Shown here in pieces: positions 12,801-24,800 of a DNA stretch of 64,000 nucleotides. Both the position numbers and the translations under genes were made by a program. Within the stretch, counting starts at the first letter, position 1. Every line of letters starts with the position of its first letter. Source of the DNA: Chiloscyllium plagiosum (Eukaryota); contig NC_057728.1 in assembly GCF_004010195.1 (NCBI RefSeq), positions 45,231,419 to 45,295,418 on the forward strand. Reading direction: 5' to 3'. The notes below the pieces were generated by a model. The model was not told the DNA's origin. It made no database searches and saw only the letters and a list, made by a program, of their open reading frames with translations.

Positions 12801-15800
12801 GTTGCCAAACTTCTTGAATGTTATTGATATTTCTGATTTTGTTTTCACCCTCCCCCTCTGTTTGTGCATTAAGATTAGATTTCCTACAGTATGGAAACAG
12901 GCCCTTTGGCCCAACAAGTCCACACTGACCCTCTGAAGAGTAACCCACCCAAACCCATTGTTTACCCCTGACTAATGCACCTAACACTATGGGCAATTTA
13001 GCATGGCCAATTCACCTGGCTTGCACATCTTTTGGATTGTGGGAGGAAACCAGAGCACCTGGAGGAAACACACAGACACAGGGAGAATGTGCAAACTTCA
13101 CACAGACAGTTTTCCCAGAGGTGGGAATCAAACCTGGGTCCCTGGCGCTGTGAAGCAGCAGTGCTAACCACTGGGCCACCATCCCGCTCTGAAGTTTAAT
13201 TAGAAGAGCTTATTTATCAACCACTTTTTAGACTTGATGAGAATTTAAACTTGAAATGATAGGCAAGCCTGCTGTGAATTTATAGCATTTCTGGGTTCTT
13301 TTATCACAGTTTTCCAGTGTTTGCAGTTTGTCACAGAAATAAATGGGAATGTAAGATCAGATTTACTCAGTGCCTTCATCAATGGAATCTGTCCATTTAT
13401 ATTGTGGAAATACAAATTTTTCAACTACCAGCTTATCCTGATGTTGAGATCTCTGTATAATAAATTGGCTATAAATTCGACTTTGGTTGTTGTCATGTAA
13501 TGGGGTGAGTAAATTGACCAGGAAAACAAACCCACACTTTGATAAGTAATCATTTATTTGGGTTTAGATAATGAAGAGACTTTAGCTCGTGAGTGCAAAG
13601 AGGTGGAGGAACGTTGTCAGCTGTCACTACAACAATGGGAAATAGAACAAGAAGTACTGAAGAAAACAAAGCTGGCAGAGTTGATGGAATGGAGGAAACG
13701 AGAAAAGGAGCTGGCAGTGGAAGAAGAGGAAAGAGCCAAGAGTAGACAGCAACAATTTGAAGAAAAACTAGAGAAACTGGCAGAGGAGAGGCAGGTAAGT
13801 GTTAGACTAAATTTAATGAGGTGACAATACTGCATTGCAGTAAAATTAATACTTTGAATGTTTTTCTTGTTTCGTTGTAATATTCCAGTGCTACAGATAA
13901 GAGAGCTAACAACAGGTACTTCTACACAATGCTGGGAATGTTCATCACAAATTGTCTAAGATATAATCCTGTCACTCCCAGGAGTTTGCAGAAAGAACTG
14001 GCAAAAACAATTGGTTTTTCAGCCACCTTCCAGTGATTCAGAGGCTATGGCTCCAAATGGTGGAATCCGGTAGCCGCTGAGAAAAGATATAATGATTATA
14101 CTTTATGTACATTTTTCTTTTTAAAAGGATAAGATAAAATGTGTTTTATTATCTAGAAATCAAGTAAACTTAAAACAATAAACATAAAACAGACATATAA
14201 TGGGGACGGGAAAGGTGAATGGAGAAAGGAGAGACAGCAAGCAGAGATTTTATTTTAATTGTAATTTGGAATCTGTGTTCATGATTATCTCTTATAAAGT
14301 GAAGGTTTCAGTGGATATACTTCCTGGCCTGGAACAGCCACTTAGGCAAGCTGTTAGGAAATTGTTCTGTGTACTCTGTACCTAGTGAATGAATTGTAAC
14401 ACAAACCTATTTTTTAGTTCCGAAGTGCAGTTAGAAAGACTGATAGGACCAGGAACATTGATGATCAGGCTTGAAAGATGCTGATCAATAAAACAATAAA
14501 TAGAAGTTGGAGCAAATTACTGGAGATGCTGAAATTTGAACAGCAGGTCAGGGAGCATCCATTGGCGAGATGGCAAGCTAACATTTTGAGTTTAGCTTAG
14601 ATTCCCCACAGTGTGGAAACAGGCCCTTCAGTCCAACAAGTCCACAATGACCCTTCGAACAGCAACCCACCCAGACCCATTTCCCTCTGACAAATGCACC
14701 TAACACTATGGGCAGTTTAGCACTGCCAATTCACCTGACCTGCACATCTTTGAACTGTGGAAGGAAACTGGAGCACCCGGACGAAATCCATGCAGACACA
14801 GGGAGAATGTGCAGACTCCACACAAACAGTCACCCAAGGTTGGAATCGAACCTGAGTCCCTAGTGCTGTGAGGCAGCAGTGTTTACCTCTGAGCAACCAT
14901 GCCACTTGTGACTCTTCATCAGAGCTGAACTGAATTGTGGAAGTGGCAGCATTTATGCAATGAGAGATGGGGTATGAGAGCATCTCATCTTCAAATTACA
15001 ACCTTTGAGGCTCAACATTGAGTTCGACACCTTCAAATTGTGAAGCCATTCCTTCCTTTTCTTTTAGCTTGCTTGATACATAGTCAACCCCGCCTCTCTC
15101 CCCCTCCTCCCACCCTGTGGGACTGCCTGTTCTTTCAAGTCTGGCAGTTAGACACATCATTGTTCTGCCATTCTCACATGCTGATCATTTAATCTGAACT
15201 ATCAACATTCTTTCTCCCCCAGCATTCCAACCTCCTTCCACCACCCCCATCCCCTCAACCATAAATGCTGTCTCTTTCACATTTCACGTCAGCTCTGATG
15301 AAGAGTCATCTAGATATTGTTAAGACGGACCTGCGGGGTCCCGTCTTTGCGTGTTCTTTTGGAAGGAGAGACTCACACTGGCAACTATGATTAGATGCAG
15401 ACAGCAGTTTATTCACAGAATCTTAACTGGTACAACGAATCTGCAAGCATGCATTCGTTGGAGAAGGCGTTCTCCCTTCCCGTTCAACGTTGACACAATT
15501 ATTCTTCGCGCTGCCTGGAGTCCCCGGTCAGTTCGCCTTCCCCATTGGTCCATTCATCTGCGCGCGCTGGGGATCCGTCCTCCTATTGGCCGCATCGATG
15601 TGCCTGTCCAGCTCCTGCTGTGCTTGACAATGGCTCAGCCATCCCCGGGAGCGGTTCCGATCCCGTATTCGATAGTTCATTGTTTCAAGGAATTACTATG
15701 TGTCTGACAGGCTAGCCATTTTCAATAGTTTTAGTTTAACTAAATTGACAATTACACTTATGAACTTTAGACTTAAATAGAGCCATTCACACTCACTAGT

Positions 15801-18800
15801 TATAGAGCAATTCACACTTGTCTAACAGTTACAGATTCCGATCGGTTTCTTTATTAATCCCGAGTTTCGATGGGGCAATTGATACTGGCTGGTATTTACA
15901 GGCTCCAAGATTTAATTAACATTATGCATATCCCTTACAAGCTCCAGCAGTCATGCAATCGCCTGCAGCAGCTCGCTTGGCTGTTGTTAACCATTTCAGG
16001 GCTGGAAGTGTCACCCTCCCTAGCCCTACATTAAACACCGCAGTGAAATCTCCCCAACAATATGAAACATTAGCTTGCTGTTTCTCCATGGATGCTGCTT
16101 GATCCGCTGTGATCTCAAGCATTTTTTTTTATTTTCAGAGAGAAGTTGAAACTTGGCAATATGGACAGGGGTTATTGGTAGTCAGTGGCTGAATCCCAAT
16201 CACAACGTTGGACAGTGACTAGTTAAAGACATTCAGTTAGCTCAGTTGGCTGAATGGCTGGTTGGCAACGTAGAGTGATTTCAACAGCATGTGTTCAATT
16301 CACACACTGGTGGAGGTTTCCATAAGCAACTCTCCTTCTTGACTTTGCTTGTCTGGGGTGTGGTGACCCTCAGGTTAACCAGCAGCAGTTGTCTCTCTCT
16401 AATGAGAGAGCAGCCCTACAGTGCAATAAGACTATGACAACCTTACCTTCTCCTTTTACTTTGAATCAAGTTTAAAGTGAATTAATGTTATTTTGGATCT
16501 CTTGTGAGAATAGAAATACTATCATCAACTAACAATGGAATTGAGAATAACAAATAAAATGGGAACCTGTCTGTTGTGTCTAATTTTGCAGATGTTTTTT
16601 CCAGATCTGCTGTTGTTCCAAGTGTTATTGCTTCAGCTTATCTGATAATGTGCCACACTTATTCTATAAAGAACTGAGCTGTACTCCAAGCACATGTCAA
16701 AAAATGAGGCCTGTGTGGAGTTGAGGAATTGTGGTTAGAGCAATGTCAAGAGTGGCTTACATTTTCGACTTATAATGATGGTGCCATTAATTCACTCAAG
16801 GTCAGCAGCTTCTAAAAGCTGTGCATGCATTGAATAAGGCAGAACATATTGACAAGGTCCAACATGGAAGGCTGGTCCAAAAGTTAAGAACCCATGTGGT
16901 CCAAGGCAAGTTGGAAAGCTGGATTCAAATTATCTTACAAATAAGAAGCAAAGGGTTATTGGAAGCCTGTGACTAACAGCGTACCACAGGGATCAGTGCT
17001 GAGACCCTGTTATATAGATTAACAACTTGAATGTGAATGTAGATGGTGTAATTAGTAAGTTTGCAGATGACTCATGCGACAGTGCTGTTACTTTAAGAGG
17101 TTATTTTGTCCTGTTTTTCTTTAAAGAGAGGTTATAAGCAGGAGGCAGAGAGCTATTTCGAAGGAAATAAACAATTTGTGGGACTTTGGTTTTTTTTTAA
17201 GGTGGAGCAATGGAAGTTGCCTAGGTATGGCCAGCTCTCTCAGAACAGGCTTTCTAGCTTTTTTAGCTTTTAGGTTTAGTCTTAAGCAGAAGCCTTTGGG
17301 TCTCAAAAGAGTTGGAAGTTTCAGTGAATGTATCCTAGGTGCTACTTTCTCTGAATTTTCTCTTTATGCCTCCTGGATTGGAGAACTGCATGTGAGAATT
17401 TGCATCTGAATTTGCCTTTTTGCTAAGGGGTCTGTTCATGGAATATTACTATATTGGAACAGTTCATTAGTAATAGGTACCATATCGATTATTTGATTAA
17501 GTCTAGCAAGAGTTAAGTTTATATTTTAACTATAGTGTTTAAATAAATTATGTTTTGCTTAAGGTTGAGTAGTTTGACCAGTTGCCTCACATCTGGAACA
17601 TGACATTTCACATCTACCTTTAAAATAATAAAAAATTAATGTATAGGCTACCTTCTTAAAATATATTGAGGGGACCTGGTCTGGTCCATAACACACAATA
17701 TTGTGGGTATTGTTAGCGATGAGGATAGTCTCAGACTGCAGTCTGATATTGATCAGCTGGTAAATTGGGCAGAGCAATGGTAGATTAAATTTGATTCCAA
17801 TAAATGTGAGGTGTTGCATTTTTGGAGATCTAATAAGGCTCAGATGTATACAATGAATGGAAGATACCTAAGAAGTACAGAGAAATGAAGGGACCTTGGT
17901 ATACATGTCCATAGATCTCTGTAAGTGTCAGAGTAGGTTAACAGGGTGGCGAAGAAGGCATATGGAATACTTGCCTTCATTAGCTGTGGCAAAGAATATA
18001 AGAGCAAAGGAGTCTTGTTACAACTTTATAAAACATTAGTAAGGTCATAGATAGAATACTGTGTGCAGTTCTGGTCACCTCACTATTGCAAGGATGTGAT
18101 TGTAGTGGAAAGGGTGCAGAGGAAATTCACCAAGATGTTGCCTGGGATGAAATGTTTGTTATGAGGAGAGACTGGATAGGCTGGGTTTGTTTTCATTGAA
18201 GCAGAGGAGAGTGAAGGTGATCTGATTGTGGTATACAAAATTATGAGTGGCATTGACAGCGAGAATCTCTTCCCCATGGCAGATATGTCTAAGACCAGAG
18301 GGCATAAGTTTAAGGTGAGGAACAGATCTGAGAAAATTTTCTTTCACAGAGAGGGTGGTAGATGTATGGAATGTGTTGCCTGAGACACTGGTGGAGGCAA
18401 GTACTCTCTCAACATTTGAGAAGCATCTGGATGAGTACTTAAAATGCCAGACCATAGTAGCCATGGATCACGTAAAGGTAAATGGAATTAGTGTAGTTTG
18501 ATCTTTGTTGGTCAACATAGACCTGGTGGGCAGAAGCGCACGTTTTAATACTGTGACTCCAAGGGCTACCCATTATGGAAGTGTTCTTATTCCCTGGAGA
18601 CCACTGGAGAGCCAGTCCCAGATTGGCAGCTGAAGACCATTACTGTGCAGGCTATTACTCTGTTGAAGATGTGGTACAGATGCCTTGACAACTTGGAAGA
18701 AAACGTCCAGAGATCGCCTGGAAGAGTGTCGAGGATAATGGTCCATTTGCATGCTCCATAATGTGGCACAATATGGAGGGTCATTTACATTGAGGACACA

Positions 18801-21800
18801 GAGGCCAGTGAAAGACTAACATTAGAGGAGAAGGAGGTTTAGAAAATGAAGACGACGCTATTGACACCAATGGATGTGCTATCAAAGGTGAGAGTGACAA
18901 TGGAGGATATCCTGAGGGACAGACAAACGTGCCCATTGCCAGCATCACACAAGATAGCATTGTCACAAGGGACATCTTAAAATATAGTTGATTTACCGAA
19001 GCATCTTTGAGGATGTCATTGCACAACCTGAAACAAGTCACTTGTGAACCGTTGCTGCATAAATATCCATTAAGGTTGGGGCTGTAAATCATGCAGTAGA
19101 TGTCCATCCCCAATGACAGAATTCCAGTAACAACTCTTGACAGTCAATATCATCAGCATGGCTGAATCCTTCACTGTCACCACTCTTCAATTCACTGCGA
19201 CCCACAGATTTCTATCAGATTCTCTTTCAAAATTGGGGCTACAATTAGACAGTAGTGGCAGTGATAAAAGGTGAATCATACATTATTATCATTTTGAACT
19301 TTAAGATAAAGGTGGTCTCATTGGTCAAAAAGTCATTTGGGACAGTGACCTAAATAAACCCAAATATTCCAAGAAGACGTAATCTAGTCAACTGCCTGGC
19401 AAGACACCTTTTGAGTTAATAGATGAAAAGTTTGTATTGCTAAGATCAAAGCTCATTCGTTTAACTTTTGATTTAATGTTCAGAGGAATCTGAAGTTCAG
19501 TTCAGAAGGAAGAACAGTTTCCTCTGAGCAGGAGAATCAGGTTTTCAGCTCAGAGGATCCAGTCATTCCATTAGGAATGGTTTAATTTTATGAAGCTTCC
19601 AAGCTGAAAGATATTGCATAGAAATCTTTAAGTTGTTAAACTAATTCTTCCAACTAATAAAATTGAAGCTCTAATCTCTTTGAAAGTTATCAGTTTGTGC
19701 AAACTTTATGCCACACTCCATGAATGTGGCCATTGCTTCTGTCATAGACTGTCCTCATCTTATTGAGCTCCAGAAATATGGTTGGCTATTCACTGCAATT
19801 GATTCCTCCACTTCAAGTGAGTGGGCTTTCAATGCCTCAGGGAACTCTGTCAGATATCTGCTGCTGCAAGCACTGTACTGCAAGGCCCTACCTCATTGCC
19901 TGTTGGAGCATCATTATGACTGTCTGTCCTCCTCCAAAAGAGATTGTGACAGATGCCTCTGATTTAGACACCTTTTCCTGGCTCTTCTTATGCCACTGAA
20001 GCCAAATACCCAGAATATCTAACTGATGTACCGCTATCTGTGTTAGCAAGTGTGAGCTGGTCAGATCTGACGGAGTATCTTTAGACATGCCTTCTCTATT
20101 GGGCATCAGGATAAGGGAGTGAATGCTGTTAAGGTATGACATAAAAGAAAGACATAAAAGAAAGTAAAGATATAAAAATAAGTAATTTGTGTAAACTTTG
20201 AAATAGCAATCACACAAGCCAATGTCTTTGTTCATCCGAGTGGAAACCTGTATCCCACAACCTGCTCTTCATTCACCTTCTCAAAGCAACTTCTCAATCT
20301 GCCCTTGCTTTGGACTGAACTCTCAGGACACCCTAGCAATATTCATTCTCTCAAATGAGAAGATTACCCTGTGCCACACTACCCTCCCCCCATTCAACCC
20401 ACTTCTTCCCTGTTGCCCTGGTCCAGGTCACCTCTCTGGCATTCTCATCCCTTTTCTGCCAGTACAAAATACAGTGTAATATAATCCTATTCAATCTTGC
20501 ATTCAGGGAAGAAACTCATCAATGTGGTAGTGGACCACAGTGAAGTTTAGACATCCCTTCCTTAACCTGATGCCCAGTTGGTATGGAAGTCACCCTATAA
20601 CTGGTTGAGCTTACATGAATGTTTTGGTCAAACACTGATCCATGTCAAAAGAGAAGCATGTGTTCCAGCAGCTTTGTCATTCAATTGTCAGCCATCATTG
20701 GGACATATGTGCTTCTGCCAAACAACTCATCTTAATGATATAGAGCCTATTATGAAACTGCTTATGGCACTAGATCCTTGACTGGTAGTGTTCACTTGGT
20801 GTATCATTGTAGCTGCTACCTCCTATCATACTTCCCTAGTAACAGTAGAGGAGTTTTTCCTTTGTATTGGATAGAGAATTCCTTCTGGACCAGAATCTTG
20901 AAATCACACACTACATTACCATCAATCCTGCATCTTCTGTGGTGGTACTCCTCTGCAGCATCTGGAATGATAATGATAAAAGCACGTAGGCAAGTCAGAT
21001 TTGCTTTGAAAGGCACAACTCATCACCTGTGTTTGCTCATATGTGAGAATATGATTATCTAGTTGAGCATAGATTTTAGATTAGATTAGATTCCCTACAG
21101 TGTGGAAACAGGCCGTTCAGCCCAACAGGTCCACACCGACCTTCTGAAGAATAACCTACTCAGACCCATTTCCCTCTGATTAATGCACCTAACACTATGG
21201 GCAATTTAGCATGGCCAATTCACCTAATCTGCACATCTTTGGATTGTGGGAGGAAACTGGAGCACATGGAGGAAACCCACGTAGACAAATGTGCAAACTC
21301 CACACAGACAGTCTGTCGGAGGCTGGAATCGAACCTTGGTCCCTGGTGCTGTGAGGCAGCAATGCTAACCACTGAGCCACGATGCCGCTCTATAGCTTGG
21401 CTCCTAGAAGTCTAGGCATTTGTTGTTTCCATGCCAGTGTGCTATGGCATATTTTGGATTGCATATGTCCCTGTTTTCCATTTTCCTCATCATTCTGGCC
21501 ATTTCTGCCTCCAGTCTGCTTCTGGAGTCAGTGGACTCAACACACAATCTCACAGCATACTGCCACAAAGAGGGCCTCTTTATTGAGATTGGTTTCCTCA
21601 GTCCAAACATTTCCTGATAGTTGATAAGTTTCTTTCTCAGGGTGTTTTTCCTGGTGATTCCTGCTGAAAGAAAACCCAAGGTAGTTGTTTATTCGCTATA
21701 AAATTCCGTGTAACCTTTAAAAAGTATAGGGATGAACTCTTGAAAGGTCATAACATTCAAGGCTATTGGCCAAGTATTGAAAAGTGGGATTAGTGTAGAT

Positions 21801-24800
21801 AGGTGTTGGGTTTGTTTTTTGTTGATGCAGACTTGATGGGCCGAAAGAACTCTTCTGTACTCTAAGACTCTGACTTGTAAGACCCTGTGAGAGCATGTAT
21901 GTAGCAAAGGGGACACATCATTGTAAATTTATCCTCACATTTGGAAATATATGCTCACTTTTGATCACCATCTGTGTGAGAGAATGTTTGTCTAGCAGCA
22001 GCTTTAACATTCAAGTTACAGGGTTTAGCGCTACAAGAGGTCTTGATTATGTTAAGATGTGAATTCAGTAGCTCGTGCAGCATGTACAGAATATGGGAAC
22101 TTGGAAGGTGCTTGCAACTTTGACAATCAAACTGAATCTTTCCAGGCCGTAAAATATTGTTTGCGTTTCACAGCCATTTGTGGATTGATTCCTGATGTGG
22201 AATGATGTGGTCAAGAGTGCTTCGGGCAAGGATTTGTAGTTGTCACAATGGATTAATGCTTTAGATTCACGTATAGCATTTAGTGCTCACACTTTTACCT
22301 GAACTGTTCAGGTATCTGTGCAGTGTTATTGCCTTTCATAGTGCCTCACATCACTCAAATATGAAGCCCCTCCTCACAGAACAACACTTACCCAGTGCTC
22401 TGTCGATGTAATGTCAGCCAGTTTTAACTCTATTCCATACATACTGTTTGCATCGTGATGCAAGGAAACAACATTGAGGCATCAAGCAGTATAGCCCATG
22501 CTCAACATATTACTCTTAGTACTCCAAAGATACAAACAGTATTCCCTCTTTTCTGTCAACACCATCAGCATTAAATTTGTTCACATTCCCACCCACCCAT
22601 CTATCTAATTGTTCATTTCCCCACTTTACCCCAAACCTCATGCATATCGAGTCAGCTTAGCAGATATAGTCATGTATTGCCCCCAGTGAGGCCAGGGCGG
22701 TGTTGACCTGCTCCCTTCTCCTACATTACCCCTTTTCTTTCTTTGCTGTATTGCCCTGCTCTCTTTATACATTGAGTTGCCTGCCTTCTCCAAGATTATT
22801 CTCTCTGCATCGCAGAATGGTGCCTTCAATCCCTACAATTGAATTCCTCAGCTTCTTTTTTGCAGCAATGGCTCCTGATAACTTCTCCTTGACTTTTGTG
22901 GTTAAACCCCCTTGACTAATTTCAAACAGATATCCTCAACTGATGACTGATCAGACTCCTGACTAATCTCTGTGCAGCTTCCTGACTGATTTCCCAGTTT
23001 GCATTGTTGTTGTGATTTGATTTATTACTGTCACACATACTTAAGTACAGTGAAAAATTTGATTTTTCTTGCAGTACAGGCAGATCACAACATACAAGGA
23101 CACAAATATTGGGCCGAAGGGCCTGTTTCCACATTGTAGGGAATCTATTCTAATCTAATCTAAGATGTTAGGGTGATTGAACAGAGCAATACAATGTTAC
23201 AGCTGCAAAGAGGTTGTGCAAATGCAAGATCACATTTGGATTTGAAATTTGAGAAATCCATTCAAAAGTCTAATAACAGTGGTCAGCCTGTGTACCCAGA
23301 TTGACTATGCTCAATTCCCGGACTAATATTGGAGGCTACCCTTCACTTATTGTGCCAGGTACTCCTGACTGAAAGATGTCTCTTTTGACTTTACTCTGAT
23401 TTCTCCCTTAAGATTTTGAGGCATGGCCATTTGCTTGCTGTACATGCAGTATGTTTGGTGTGTGTGCTGCTGGCAAGTGTTGCAGGCATGAGATTGCTGT
23501 ATATGTAGCTACGTGTCTACCCCCTTCGCTGATGATTGCTGACAAACGTGACAAGCTGCTGTGCTTTGTGACTGCACCAAATGGCAAGGCAAGACTGTGA
23601 GGTACTGTGAGGTTTTAGCTCCAGCTGAGGCAACAAAGTACGAAAAAAACAAGGCAAGGTAATGAGTATCCATGCAGGTGCATGAGAGTGAGCACTAAGA
23701 GAGTAAGTGAGGATCCCAGAAGTGCACCCTGATGCAGTCCATGTTGGGAACTGAGGCTTTCTAGTTTCTATTTGATGGTGGGGGAATGGAAAACTGAACA
23801 TAAATGGGGCAAGATTAACTATTAGTGAGATGTTGATTGATTCAAATAGGCCCTCTTGCTGCTCCAGTGGTGAGAATCTTATCTTGTTGTTCAACACTTG
23901 GTTGGATAGTGAACCATTTTACTCTCGATGTCAATAAGTTCCTCATTGTCCATCTCATGCAGCTTTCCCAACTTTCTTGCCAATGTGATCGCAGATTAAG
24001 CAAATTCTGTTTGGTCCTTGGGATTAAAAAATTTGTCTCTTGAAGTTAGTTTTAAGTCAGATGATCCGATGCTGTTGTCCACCTAGAACATTTTGCAAGT
24101 CTAAAGCCTTTGTTCTACAAGATGAGATAAATGATGGGCATTTCCACTTACTTGTGATCAACTGATTTCTGGGCGGCTCCCCCTGTTGGGTTCTGGATGT
24201 ACATTCAATTTAAGTCTTGGATGAGTCCACCAAAAACTGGTACCCAGCACAAAGGTGGGTTGTGTCTTGCCTTGTTGTGATGATAGGTACATATTAATGC
24301 GATTTTAAGAATTTTGATTTCAAAATAGAAGGTGATGGATATTGATTCTTTCTCTTAAGCTTTTTTGTTTTAAAATAAAAAAGGTTCAAAGCCATGACTA
24401 AATCCAGAAACTTGTTAGCAAATGAGTGATTGCAGACTAATGTTCATGGAAAGATTTTATACTTGTTGTGTTTACCAACAAATGTGGTCAACATCTAAGG
24501 CCAATAGCTTTGCTTTCAGTTCAGAAGGATCTAGGATGAGCAAAAATTCTTTTAATTAGTTCAGAAGATAGTATTAAATTAAGATGCAAGTTTAGCTTCC
24601 CTCTTAGAATGAGTTTTTCAGGGAACAAATCACCTCAGCAGAAGGGTTTAGTTGGTAAAACTTCCAAATCAGGAGAGTTTGATGAGGAAATCTGCAAATT
24701 ATTGAATAGAGAATGTTTAGGCTGCCAGATTCATGGAAATGTTCTCGTCAGCAGATTTGGAAAAGACTGAGATTTTTCAGGATTCAGTTAAATGAAACAA

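Larger units (their letters stand above)
14515..16137. mobile_element. Older Penelope fold-back insertion with nested SINE and solo LTR
   Basis: The left arm (minus) has gactcttcatcagagctg. The right arm has a LIFKLQP-like endonuclease end, cagctctgatgaagagtc and a pLTR tail at 16064-16137. Confidence 0.7.
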
